This document shows positions 54,660 to 64,000 of a DNA stretch of 64,000 nucleotides, piece by piece. The notes beneath the pieces are model-generated. The model was given only the letters and a program-made list of their open reading frames with translations, had not been told where the DNA came from and made no database searches. Each line of letters opens with the position of its first letter. Position 1 is the stretch's first letter. Where the stretch lies: NCBI GenBank assembly GCA_965206645.1, contig CBDBKE010000003.1, positions 256,001 through 320,000 of the forward strand, in the 5' to 3' direction. Both the position numbers and the translations under genes were made by a program. This stretch comes from Terriglobia bacterium. GTDB lineage: Bacteria; Acidobacteriota; Terriglobia; JAJPHL01; JAPKYU01.

Positions 54660-55319
54660 ATGTCCTTACGCATAAACGACGAAGCACCTAATTTCACCAC
54701 CGAAACCACCCAGGGTACGATCAACTTTCATGAATGGATTGGCGACGGCTGGGCGATCTTGTTTTCACACCCGAAAGACTTTACTCCGGTGTGCACTACG
54801 GAACTGGGCTATATGGCAGGCCTCCAACCCGAATTCGAGAAGCGAAACTGCAAGATCATCGGGTTGAGCGTGGACCCGGTGAACAATCACAGCAAGTGGG
54901 CAGCGGACATTGAGGAGACTCAGGGCCACAAGGTGACCTACCCGATGATCGGCGACCCGGGACTCAAAGTCGCCAAGCTTTATGGGATGCTGCCGGCCCA
55001 AACCGGGAATACCTCTGAGGGCCGTACCGCGGCGGACAATGCCACCGTGCGCACGGTGTTCGTGATCGGTCCAGACAGGAAGATCAAGCTGATGCTCAGC
55101 TACCCGATGAGCACCGGCCGTAACTTTGACGAAGTACTGCGGGTCCTTGATTCGATGCAGCTCACGGCCAGGCACAAAGTTGCCACACCGGTGAACTGGA
55201 AGCAGGGCGATGATGTCATCATCCTGCCGTCGGTGTCGGACGAGGACGCGAAACAGAAATTCGCCGGCGGCTGGAAGGCGCCCAAGCCTTATCTTCGCAT
55301 CGTCCCTCAGCCGAAGTAG
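54660..55319 (+). CDS. 1-Cys peroxiredoxin (Prx6)
   Basis: LFSHPKDFTPVCTTE, YPMSTGRNFDE, ATPVNW, PYLR; RBS GGAGG before ATG 54660. Confidence 0.95.
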   Translation: MSLRINDEAPNFTTETTQGTINFHEWIGDGWAILFSHPKDFTPVCTTELGYMAGLQPEFEKRNCKIIGLSVDPVNNHSKWAADIEETQGHKVTYPMIGDPGLKVAKLYGMLPAQTGNTSEGRTAADNATVRTVFVIGPDRKIKLMLSYPMSTGRNFDEVLRVLDSMQLTARHKVATPVNWKQGDDVIILPSVSDEDAKQKFAGGWKAPKPYLRIVPQPK

Positions 55320-55498
55320 CTTAAGTTTTGGCGCCGCGACTGCTCGACCTTGAGAGCCGATTCCACTCGTCTGAGTTTCCGAGAAGGTTACACTAACCCG
55401 GCGTGCTTCGTGGTCATGCGTCGGCTTGCTGTGGGTGTCTTATCGTGCACGCAGTAGGCCGAAATCGGAAATTCCCCTTCTAATCGGAAGGAGAGGTC

Positions 55499-56998
55499 AT
55501 GATCCTCAAGCAGTATTATCTCGGCTGTCTCGCCCATGCTTCTTATTTACTAGGTGATGAGGGGAGCCGGACGGCGGTCATCGTTGATCCTCAGCGTGAT
55601 ATTGACCAATATCTGGCAGAGGCCGCGGAGCAACAGCTGAAGATCAGTCACGTTATCCTTACCCATCTGCACGCCAACTTCCTCGCGGGGCATGTGGAGC
55701 TGAGGGAACGTGCCGGGGCCAAAATCTGCCTGGGCTCCCAAGCGAAGGCCGAATACGAGTTCATCGGTTTCAAAGATGGCGACAGTTTGGAATTTGGAAC
55801 GCTAAGACTGAGTATCCTCGAGACACCCGGTCACTCACCGGAATCTATGTCGATAGTTGTTTACGATCTAATCTCAGACTCTCAGAAACCGTGCGCGGTC
55901 CTCACCGGTGACACACTCTTTATCGGCGATGTGGGTCGCCCGGATTTGAGGATGTCCCTTGGGTTTTCGGCACAACAGCTCGCTGGATTGCTCTACGATT
56001 CGCTGCACCAGAAACTGATGAAACTGCCGGATGAAACACTGGTTTATCCGGCGCACGGGGCCGGATCTTTATGTGGAAGGCAATTGAGCACCGAAACCGT
56101 ATCCACGATTGGCGCCCAGCGCCAGTACAACTACGCGCTACAACCCATGAGTAAGAAGGAGTTCGTACAACTGGTCACCGCTGAACAGCCTGACGCTCCG
56201 TCCTACTTCACTTATGACGTGATCCTCAACGCGAAAGAGCGGCCAACTCTGGAGGAGAGTCTAGAGCAGCATTTGAGACCGATCAAGTTGCCCCAATTCC
56301 TCGAAATGGCCAACTCCGGAGCACAAGTTGTAGATGTGCGCGATCCGACTGAATTCTCAGGCGGTCACCTTGCCGGCAGCATAAACATCGGCCTGGCCGG
56401 GCAGTTTGCGAGCTGGGCCGGCACGTTGCTCGACATGCAGAAGGCAATCATGATCATTACTTCGCCCGGATCCGAAAAGGAGGCAGCGATGCGCCTCGGT
56501 CGCATCGGCTTCGACCACTTGGCTGGCTATCTGAAGGGCGGCATGGAGGCCGTTCGCTCGTATCCCGAACTCGTTCAAAGTGTCACCCGGTTGACGGCAA
56601 CGACACTCGCCGAACAACTGGCCTGCGAGACTCCGCCTCTGGTTGTGGACGTTCGCAACGACAAGGAGAGACAGGAAAAGCGGATCGAAGGGAGCTTTCA
56701 CATTCCTTTGACCCGTCTGCGAGAACGAATCGGGGAGCTGCCCCGTGACAAGAATCTGGTTGTCCACTGTGCAGGAGGCTACCGTTCCTCCATGGCTGCG
56801 AGCTTGCTTCGACAGTTTGGGATCAAGGATGTGTGCGACCTGCTTGGCGGGATTACTGCATGGGAGAAATCAGGGTTCGAGATCCTAGAAGGTGGGACAG
56901 CCCAAGCGAGCAAGCTTATGAGACCTACCGAATATTCCGAAAGGACTCTTGAATTGGCAGGCTGGCCTGACCTGCCTGGCGATTTCCGGACCAGCTGA
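55499..56998 (+). CDS. MBL-fold persulfide dioxygenase-like protein with two rhodanese domains; 3' end disrupted by IS3
   Basis: CLAHASY, VDPQRD, THLHANF, TPGH, TGDTLFIGDVGRPDL, PAHGAGSLCG, HCAGGYRS. Confidence 0.88.
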   Translation: MILKQYYLGCLAHASYLLGDEGSRTAVIVDPQRDIDQYLAEAAEQQLKISHVILTHLHANFLAGHVELRERAGAKICLGSQAKAEYEFIGFKDGDSLEFGTLRLSILETPGHSPESMSIVVYDLISDSQKPCAVLTGDTLFIGDVGRPDLRMSLGFSAQQLAGLLYDSLHQKLMKLPDETLVYPAHGAGSLCGRQLSTETVSTIGAQRQYNYALQPMSKKEFVQLVTAEQPDAPSYFTYDVILNAKERPTLEESLEQHLRPIKLPQFLEMANSGAQVVDVRDPTEFSGGHLAGSINIGLAGQFASWAGTLLDMQKAIMIITSPGSEKEAAMRLGRIGFDHLAGYLKGGMEAVRSYPELVQSVTRLTATTLAEQLACETPPLVVDVRNDKERQEKRIEGSFHIPLTRLRERIGELPRDKNLVVHCAGGYRSSMAASLLRQFGIKDVCDLLGGITAWEKSGFEILEGGTAQASKLMRPTEYSERTLELAGWPDLPGDFRTS

Positions 56999-58247
56999 AG
57001 CCTGAGAGAATGGCGCCCTCGGAGAAACGAGGGAGCCATGAAGAAGACCCGGTTTACCGAAGAGCAGATGGTGACGATCCTCCGCGAGGCCGATCAGCGG
57101 CCCGTTCCGGAGGTGGCCAAAAAGAACGGCGTCAGCGCCCAGACGCTCTACGCCTGGCGGAAACACTTCGGCACGTTGGAGCCCGCCGATGTGAAGCGGC
57201 TGCGGCAGCTCGAGCAGGAGAACGGCCGGCTGAAAAAGATGGTGGCCGATCGAGATCTGGAGATCGACGTGCTCAAGGAGATCACCCGAAAAAAATGGTA
57301 GGCGCACGCGTGCGCCGGCCGCAGGTCGCGTATGCACGTGCACGCGGTCTGTCGGGTCGCCGCGCGTGCGCCTTGCTCTCCGTCGCACGGTCCACGCTGG
57401 GCTACCAGTCGCGGCTGGTCGACCGGGATGCCCCGGCGCTGGCCGCGATGCGTCGTCTGGCGGCGCAGTATCCGCGGTACGGCTATCGCCGGATTCGGAT
57501 TTTCCTAAAACGCGAAGGGCACACGATGAGCACGGACCGGACCCATCGCCTCTGGCGCCAGGCGGGGTTGCAGGTGCCTCGGCGGCGGCCGCGGCGCCGG
57601 GTCGCCCTGAGCCGGCCCCGCCCGGTGCCCGCCACTGCGGTCAATCACGTCTGGGCGTACGACTTCGTGTTCGACACCTGCGCGAATGGGCAGACGCTCA
57701 AGTGCCTCACCGTCGTCGACGAATGGACCCGCGAGTCACTCGCGATCGACGTGGCCGGCGGCATTCGGTCCGGGCGCGTTATCGAGGTGCTCACGCAGCT
57801 CGTGAGCGTCCACGGAGCCCCACGTTACCTCCGGTCCGACAACGGCCCCGAGTTTGTCGCGGGTGCGATTCTCCGGTGGCTGCTCCAGGCGCAGATCGAA
57901 ACCGCGCTCATCGAGCCGGGCAAGCCGTGGCAGAATGCGACCGACGAATCGTTCAACGGGAAGTTCCGCGACGAGTATCTGAGCCTGCAGTGGTTTCGGA
58001 ACCGCGTGGACGCGAAGGTGGGGATCGAGCAATGGCGACGGCACTACAACGACGTGCGACCGCACTCGAGCCTTGGCTATCTGACGCCAGCCGAGTTCAA
58101 AGCGCAGCTCCGTGCTGGCTCGGATGACGGTGGGCGCTCGCCGGCGATGCCGGCTCACGCTGACCAAGAAGAACACGAGAGCGACTTAACCATGCCGACT
58201 GGCGCTGTTCTCCAGTAATCGGTGGTCCGAAGAAAGCCGGCAGGTCA
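56968..58247 (+). mobile_element. IS3-family element type A copy 2 (orfA 57038-57301, orfB to 58218)
   Basis: 1280 bp, like 34579-35858; 4-bp duplication GGCC; A7 at 57289-57295. Confidence 0.94.
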
Positions 58248-58531
58248 GGCCAGCAAGGCTTACCTCTTACAAGCTAGGAGACAGGTGCTATTGCAAGGCC
58301 GACAATGTGGACCCAGGAGCATGTTTAACGCGGACCGATGGTTCCACCAAAGAAGAGGCCGAGAAACGAGCTATTGAAAGGGCTGAGAAGTATCTTTCCC
58401 GAACCAAGAGGTTGTCGGCCTAGATTGCTTTGCTGAATTGCCAAAGCCCTCTTGACCAACGCAAACACCCCTCCCCACAAGCCAGCTCGCGTTGACTTGT
58501 CTTCAGGTACGGGCTAGGAAAGCTTAGACGC

Positions 58532-60067
58532 CTAGAAGATCACCTGCATCCGGCTCAGAAAGCTGAAGTGGTCCCGCTTGCCAGAGGTCGGCGCACGGCC
58601 GGGGTCCCTGAAGCGCTCCAGAACGAAGTTCGACTGGTAGCGAACAAACTTGGTCAGCCACCAGTTGAGGCCGAAGGTGTAGGCCTCGTGTCGGTTGGGA
58701 TTGAACGCATCGTGCATTTGCAGGTTCTCATAGCGGAAGGCCAGTTCCCAGGCGCCGAGACCGCCTTTGTCTCCCAGAAAGGCCGACCGGGGGCTGATTC
58801 CCCGCCGCCTTTTTCCCTCGCCAGTCAGCAGATAACTCGCCTGCAGCAGATACCCCTTGCCAACCACACCAGGCAGGTTCCCGCTGCCGGCGTCGAGCCC
58901 TTCCCGGAACTGGTTTGTCTGGACGTACTCGCCCCGCAAGGAAAAGTTGCGATGATTCCACCAGAACTCCCCGTTGGAGCGCTGGACCTTGCCGTTCACC
59001 GCCACCCGGTCGAAGAAGGTGATGCTGCGGCTGGCGGTGCGCCCGCGGAAGCTCCCTACGCCCTCGTTGCGTCCTTGCGACACGGCACCGCCAAAACTGA
59101 AGTTCTTCAGGATTGTGACCCCTCCTTTCTTGAAGGGGGTGAAGCGCAAGCGCAAGAACGTCTCGGGCGTCGCGTTCGTCGCCCTCAACAGCTCGCCGCG
59201 CCCGTTGAAGGCGCCGAGGTAGTACTGGAAAACACCATCGGTTACTTTCCCGTGGATCATCAGACCTTGACTGCGACCCGGCGCCAGGTTGTTGACGCTG
59301 GAGCGCTCGACAAAATCCATGTATTTCGACGATTGCGATTGCTCCTGGCTGAAGGGGGCCTTGAACTGCCCAAACTTGACCTGGAAAGGCTTGATGTAGT
59401 TGATGTTCAGGAACCCATCGCGCAGCAGCGTGGTGCCGACCTCTGCGAAGTCGGCCTGCACCTTGTACTCATAGTGTTTAAACAATTGCCCCTCCGCCTC
59501 CAGCCGCGCCCGGCGGATTAAAAACATCCCTGGCGGGGTGACCTCCCCGGTGTGGCTACGCCAGTCGAACTGCATGCGTCCGCCGAATTGCATGTAGAAG
59601 GTGCCGTCGGCGTTGCGGATATAGGGGTGGCTGCCGGTCCATCCAGCGGTGAGCGGCGAGGCCTTCTCTTGCCCGTGTTGAGTTTCCGCAGGCTTTTGCA
59701 CGTCGGACCGTACTGGCACGAGCGACTGGGCCAGGGCATTCACCTCCCCGGATGTGCGGTTCATCTCTTCCTGGGCGGTTACGCCGCGCTCGAGTGGTTC
59801 TGAGGCCGAGGCCGAGCGCGGCTCCGACGCGGAGTGGGTTCGCTGCTCGGCCAACTGTTGTTGCAGGGCTCGCAGCAGGCGTTCTTGGTCTTTCAGCATG
59901 CGTTCCAGTTCCAGGATACGGACCTGATGTTCTTCCAGCTTCCTCCGGACGTCATTGTAGGAAAATGTTTGAGCCTCCGCGTCGCGCTCACCGGCGCGTG
60001 CTGTCCCCGCCAAAAGAAAAGCCGCGAGCAGGCAAGTTGCCGCACGGCGAGCGAATGCAAACGTCAT
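58532..60067 (-). CDS. OprO/OprP-family phosphate-selective porin
   Basis: Signal peptide, N-terminal coiled coil, IRRARL, GQFKAPFS.E, F.ERS, LLTGE, GAWELA.RY, GLNW, terminal F. Confidence 0.88.
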   Translation of the reverse strand: MTFAFARRAATCLLAAFLLAGTARAGERDAEAQTFSYNDVRRKLEEHQVRILELERMLKDQERLLRALQQQLAEQRTHSASEPRSASASEPLERGVTAQEEMNRTSGEVNALAQSLVPVRSDVQKPAETQHGQEKASPLTAGWTGSHPYIRNADGTFYMQFGGRMQFDWRSHTGEVTPPGMFLIRRARLEAEGQLFKHYEYKVQADFAEVGTTLLRDGFLNINYIKPFQVKFGQFKAPFSQEQSQSSKYMDFVERSSVNNLAPGRSQGLMIHGKVTDGVFQYYLGAFNGRGELLRATNATPETFLRLRFTPFKKGGVTILKNFSFGGAVSQGRNEGVGSFRGRTASRSITFFDRVAVNGKVQRSNGEFWWNHRNFSLRGEYVQTNQFREGLDAGSGNLPGVVGKGYLLQASYLLTGEGKRRRGISPRSAFLGDKGGLGAWELAFRYENLQMHDAFNPNRHEAYTFGLNWWLTKFVRYQSNFVLERFRDPGRAPTSGKRDHFSFLSRMQVIF

Positions 60068-60338
60068 AAAGTTTCCTCCGGCGATTTTCTATACCAGGAC
60101 GTAATTGTAGACTTGAAGAGTTGGAAAGTTACCTATGCTCTTGGCCGGGAGGCCCGAAGCTCGAACCTGGAAAGGAACCGCCTCTGAATGCTCTGGGACA
60201 ACCCATCTACGATCAAAGCCAGCCCTTTGCCCCGACCGAACACCGGTGCGACCACAGAAGCAAACAACCACCGGCAGACAGGCCGTTCTCGTCACCGTGA
60301 TGATGATGCGGAGACCTTCGGTCGATCCACCGATTCCT

Positions 60339-61049
60339 TTACCCTGTGCGCTGGTACGCCGAGGGGTCGAGCACGACGATCGTGGGTCGGCCCGGCTTCG
60401 GCCTCGGCAGTGGCAACTCGACCGTGTGGTGGCGCACGAAGAAAACAGGATCCTCGGCCCGGTGCTCGATGAAGTCGTCGATCTTGGACATCTCGAACGA
60501 CACCGGCGGGATGTTGTAGTGCATCGGCACGAGCCACTTCGGTTTGAGGAGATCGATCATGGAGTCCAGCTCTTCGTGTGTCGGCGTGAGTTGCTCGCCC
60601 GTGAGCGCGAAAAGTACATCGCAGTGCCCGGTGAAAGGCTCCATTTGGTCGTGCGGCAGTTGGTGGGGGCCGACGTCGCCCATGTGGACAAACCAAAGGT
60701 CGCCAAGATTGAACGCGTACAGGGCGTTGTCCATGGGCTCGTGTTCGGGGTGCTTGGGGTCTTCGCGGGCCTGGGCCGTGAGCACCGGTTGCCCGCTGAT
60801 CTTCGCCTTGGTCTTGCCCTGGGCCACATCGAGCGCGTTGATCACGCGGGGGCTGCCTTTCACGAGCCCGATGTTAGAATGCGCCTCGTCCGTCAATGAA
60901 CTGGCAATTACGGTGTCGGCTTCGAAGCGCGTTCCCGGATCGGACAAACCCAACTGTTCGTAGCGAAGTGGATCGGTGACGAGGACGGGACGGCCATTTT
61001 TCCACAGCCTGAAGCAAGCGTGGCCGACGAACTCAAGTTGCACACTCAT
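60339..61049 (-). CDS. MBL-fold metallohydrolase (UlaG/Lactamase_B_3-like), atypical metal motif
   Basis: GHACF, TDP, HMGD.G, PK..VPMHY; SSLTDEAH in place of HxHxDH. Confidence 0.75.
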   Translation of the reverse strand: MSVQLEFVGHACFRLWKNGRPVLVTDPLRYEQLGLSDPGTRFEADTVIASSLTDEAHSNIGLVKGSPRVINALDVAQGKTKAKISGQPVLTAQAREDPKHPEHEPMDNALYAFNLGDLWFVHMGDVGPHQLPHDQMEPFTGHCDVLFALTGEQLTPTHEELDSMIDLLKPKWLVPMHYNIPPVSFEMSKIDDFIEHRAEDPVFFVRHHTVELPLPRPKPGRPTIVVLDPSAYQRTG

Positions 61050-61273
61050 TATTACTCTCCTGAAGCGATGCTAACTTTCAGCCTGTATCATATGTCCTGA
61101 CGCAGGAACCAGCATAAATTTGGGTTTCCATCGGCTGGCGATCCCGACGAAGAGCTGCTTGACGGGCGGCTGAGAGGAGCCTAAGATGCGTCTGCCCGAG
61201 ATCGTCGGTGTTTTCGTCGTACGAGGCGAGGCGATAACGGGTAAATTGAGCTGCGAATAGGCTGGTTGACCAA

Positions 61274-62044
61274 ATGGACGTGAATCCTCTCAAAAAGATA
61301 TGGCAGGCTGGTGGCGTGGCCGTCGGCACCATGATCTTGTACAGCACTGACATTGCAACTATCGAGATCGCCGCCGCCGCCGGCCTTGATTTTGTCATGC
61401 TTGACGTGGAGCACCGCCCCCACAATCCGGAAACCATTCACGACCTGGCGCAGGTCGCGCGGCTCACCGGCATGGCTCCGCTGATCACCACAAAGGATAT
61501 CAGCTATCACGCAATCGATCATGCCTTGGATTCCGGTGCGTCCGGCATCGTGCTCCCTCACGTCGAAACGACCGACGACGTGGCGCAGGCGATCGCTGCG
61601 GTGCGGCATCCTCCCAAGGGCAAGCGGGGCCGGTGTGGTACGGCCGGTCACAATCTATACGTAGCTCGGCCCATTGCCGAGGAGGTCGCCGACTATGATC
61701 GGCAAATCTCTCTGGTGCTGAAGGTCGAGTCGGAGTCGGCCATCCGCAGATTGGATGAACTCGTATCTTTGGGCGATGTCGATGGCGTGATGATCGGGCC
61801 AACTGATCTGTCGCTCGATTTGGGGATTCCTGGGCAAACCCACCATGAGCGATTCCGAGAGTTGGTTGAGCACGTTCGTAATGTTTGTCGCCAACGAGGT
61901 GTCCATTATGGCGCTCTGGTCTCCTCGCCTGACGGCGTGCCGGACGCCATCAAGCAAGGCGCGTCTTGGGTGATCGTGGGAAGCGAAATCGAACCACTCG
62001 TCGCCACCTGGAAAAGGGCCAGCCAGGCCAAGCACACGGCGTAA
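61274..62044 (+). CDS. HpcH/HpaI-family aldolase
   Basis: GLDFVMLDVEH, ALDSGA.GI..P.V, PP.G.RG, VES, IGPTDLS..LG. Confidence 0.9.
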   Translation: MDVNPLKKIWQAGGVAVGTMILYSTDIATIEIAAAAGLDFVMLDVEHRPHNPETIHDLAQVARLTGMAPLITTKDISYHAIDHALDSGASGIVLPHVETTDDVAQAIAAVRHPPKGKRGRCGTAGHNLYVARPIAEEVADYDRQISLVLKVESESAIRRLDELVSLGDVDGVMIGPTDLSLDLGIPGQTHHERFRELVEHVRNVCRQRGVHYGALVSSPDGVPDAIKQGASWVIVGSEIEPLVATWKRASQAKHTA

Positions 62045-62133
62045 TGTAGGGGCGCCACGAACTCGGTTCGCCTCAACGGGTGACAACACCCTCCTCATGG
62101 TAGGAGGCCGGTCGGCGCGACACAATTAACCTC

Positions 62134-63021
62134 ATGAAAGTCAGAATCGGCTCATCACCCTGCTCGTGGGGCGTCAACTTTGCCAGCGATCCTAAACAAA
62201 TCCCTTGGCAGCGATTTCTGGATGAACTCATCCAGGCAGATTATGAGTGGATCGAACTTGCCCCGTACGGCTATCTGCCCACCGATCCGAAGATTCTTCG
62301 CCCGGAACTGGAACGCCGAAATCTGAAGGCAGTCGCATGCGACGTGATGCTACCGCTGGAAGATCCGGCGTTGTGGCCAGTCATAAAAGAAGAGGCGCTC
62401 AAAGTGGGTGCAATGATGGCGGGTGTGGACGGAAAATATGTGATGCTCCTCGACGACGTCTACATCGATCTGCATACTGGGAGGCCGACGGGCCCGAGCC
62501 GTCTTGACGAAGACGGGTGGAAGAGGTTGATCCAAACGACACAGACACTGGCCGATCTGGTTCACGAACGCTTTGGGCTTGAACTCGTTTTTCATCCCCA
62601 TGTCGAGACCCACGTCGAGCATGAATACCAGATCGAAGCCCTTTTGGAACAGACTGACCCGCAGCGCGTTTCCCTTTGCTTGGACCCTGGCCACCATGCC
62701 TATGGCGGGGGAGACCCTGTTGCTTTTCTGAGAAAACATCACGCTAGGATCCGGTACCTGCACCTGAAGAACGTTGACCGCCAGATCCGGGCGAAAGTGG
62801 CGGCCGAACGCATACCCTTGAACAAGGCCACCGAGATGGGCATCTTTTGCGAACCGGCCCAAGGGATGGTGGATTTTTTCGCTTTTCGCGATGCACTGCA
62901 GGAGATTGCTTACGATGGCTGGGCGATTGTGGAACAGGACATGTATCCGACGGCGTTCGATAAACCGCTGCCCATCGCCAAGCGGACACGTGCCTACCTG
63001 CGCGAGATTGGCATTGGGTGA
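62134..63021 (+). CDS. IolE-like (inosose dehydratase) TIM-barrel protein
   Basis: PCSWGV, ELAPYGYLP, FHPH..T.VE, LCLD.GH, YLHLK, GW.IVEQD. Confidence 0.85.
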   Translation: MKVRIGSSPCSWGVNFASDPKQIPWQRFLDELIQADYEWIELAPYGYLPTDPKILRPELERRNLKAVACDVMLPLEDPALWPVIKEEALKVGAMMAGVDGKYVMLLDDVYIDLHTGRPTGPSRLDEDGWKRLIQTTQTLADLVHERFGLELVFHPHVETHVEHEYQIEALLEQTDPQRVSLCLDPGHHAYGGGDPVAFLRKHHARIRYLHLKNVDRQIRAKVAAERIPLNKATEMGIFCEPAQGMVDFFAFRDALQEIAYDGWAIVEQDMYPTAFDKPLPIAKRTRAYLREIGIG

Positions 63022-63024
63022 CAA

Positions 63025-63201
63025 ATGAAGCAGCGGCGAAGGTTGCCACTGCCCATCAACCTGGTTGCCACTGCTGGCCATCAACCTGGCCATCAACCTG
63101 GCCATCAACCTGGCCATCAACCTGGCCATCAACCTGGCCATCAACCTGGCCATCAGCCCGGCCATCAGGCTGGCTGTCCTTTAGGAGGGAGGTTCGTATG
63201 A
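63025..63201 (+). CDS. Putative 58-aa peptide with (GHQP)7-GHQA
   Basis: ATG 3 nt after the upstream stop; TGA overlaps the next ATG (ATGA); degenerate repeat copies vary mostly synonymously. Confidence 0.45.
   Translation: MKQRRRLPLPINLVATAGHQPGHQPGHQPGHQPGHQPGHQPGHQPGHQAGCPLGGRFV
63074..63169 (+). repeat. 12-bp tandem repeat CTGGCCATCAAC
   Basis: Six perfect copies (63074-63145) plus two degenerate copies. Confidence 0.95.
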
Positions 63202-64000
63202 AACTTGGCGTCAATACCTTTTTTCTTTTGTGCTTTGAGTTCGAGGAGGCGCTGGACTTCCTCCAAAAGCGCGGCGTGCAGACGATTGAGGTTGGGGTTT
63301 TGGAAGAGCCCGCCCGCAAATTTTGCGACACTGAAAAGCTTCTCAAGGACAAAGGCGAGCTGAACCGATGGCTGGATAAGTTGAAACAGCATGGCCTGGA
63401 AATCAGCGCGTTCTGTGCGCATGGAGAGCCCTTGTCGCCCAACAAGGAGGTGGCAGGAGCGTACTCCCGGGGGTTCCGCGAGATTTGCCAGCTGGCGGAA
63501 GCGGCCGGTGTCGACCGGTTGGTGGTCTTGTCCGGTCTCCCAGAGGCTGGTCCCGGAGAGACGACCCCTTACTGGGTCGCCGACTCCACCAAAACCTTCA
63601 GCCATGACATTACGCGTTGGCAGTGGGAACAGCGTCTGATCCCCTATTGGCGCGAACACGGAAAAATTGCTGAGGACCACGGCTGCAGGGTGGCGGTCGA
63701 GCCCCAGCTCTGTGATCTCGTCTACTCTCCGCAGACGTTGATGAAGCTGCGCGAGGCGGTTGGACCGGTGATCGGTTGCAACTTGGATCCGTCGCACCTG
63801 TTTGTGCAGGGCATGGACCTGATCGAGGTGGTCAAGTACTTGTCCGATGCAATCCTTCACGTTCATGTTAAAGATATTCGTTTTGATCGCGGCCGAATGG
63901 CAGTACAAGGCCTCCTTGACCCCGCGTCCCATATGACACCTGGCGGGCGTTCCTGGGTCTTCGCGCTGGTCGGGTGGGGCCACGACCAACTATTCTGGCG
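63198..64000 (+). CDS. Sugar phosphate isomerase/epimerase (AP-endonuclease-2 TIM barrel), runs off the window
   Basis: RBS AGGAGG; MKLGV...EEALD..., ISA..AHGEPL.P, VAVEP, GCNLDPSHL..QG.D, I.HVH.KD, VG.GH; no stop before 64000. Confidence 0.85.
   Translation, partial: MKLGVNTFFLLCFEFEEALDFLQKRGVQTIEVGVLEEPARKFCDTEKLLKDKGELNRWLDKLKQHGLEISAFCAHGEPLSPNKEVAGAYSRGFREICQLAEAAGVDRLVVLSGLPEAGPGETTPYWVADSTKTFSHDITRWQWEQRLIPYWREHGKIAEDHGCRVAVEPQLCDLVYSPQTLMKLREAVGPVIGCNLDPSHLFVQGMDLIEVVKYLSDAILHVHVKDIRFDRGRMAVQGLLDPASHMTPGGRSWVFALVGWGHDQLFW

Noticed and set aside
57010-58218. 402-aa single-ORF transposase (also 34608-35816, and the 337-aa ORFs at 31448 and 43957)
   Set aside because: The N-termini are off-frame readings of orfA; the real product is the OrfAB -1 frameshift fusion.
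62350-63989. Antisense ORFs with (MARL)n or (DGQV)n repeats and other long shadow ORFs
   Set aside because: They lie opposite well-supported genes; this is typical of high-GC DNA and stop-free repeats.

Overview
A GC-rich bacterial chromosomal segment, most likely from Acidobacteriota (a Solibacter-type C-terminal-domain NHL protein, PSD1/DUF1501 modules). It has three zones. (1) 1-21 kb is mostly core or adaptive: a STAS protein, thiG, an IscA/ErpA protein, a PilZ protein, a frameshifted giant NHL/BACON surface protein, an intact IS1380, a cytochrome c PSD1-DUF1501-PSD1 triad, a CADD-type pABA synthase homologue followed by panB-panC, and a TonB receptor. (2) 21-46 kb is a decaying island: four IS5(IS903-like) copies, two IS3 types, IS6/IS21/IS1380 remnants, two ~120-130 bp IS6-ended miniature elements, three intact and two broken toxin-antitoxin pieces, two half-tRNAs (Asp 3' half, Arg 5' half) each joined to a homologous att-like arm, rnhA, a 24-repeat Sel1 protein, a truncated large putative defence gene and type I R-M remnants. 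(3) 46-64 kb is metabolic: a B12 radical SAM enzyme, a CehA/McbA hydrolase-propeller-SSS transporter operon, a peroxiredoxin, an MBL-rhodanese protein, a porin and a sugar/inositol catabolic cluster that contains an unannotated (GHQP)7 mini-ORF. The strongest leads are the half-tRNA/att-arm pair, CADD-panBC, the GHQP peptide, the shuffled Sel1 array and the IS6 MITEs. All calls come from reading motifs; no database search was run.
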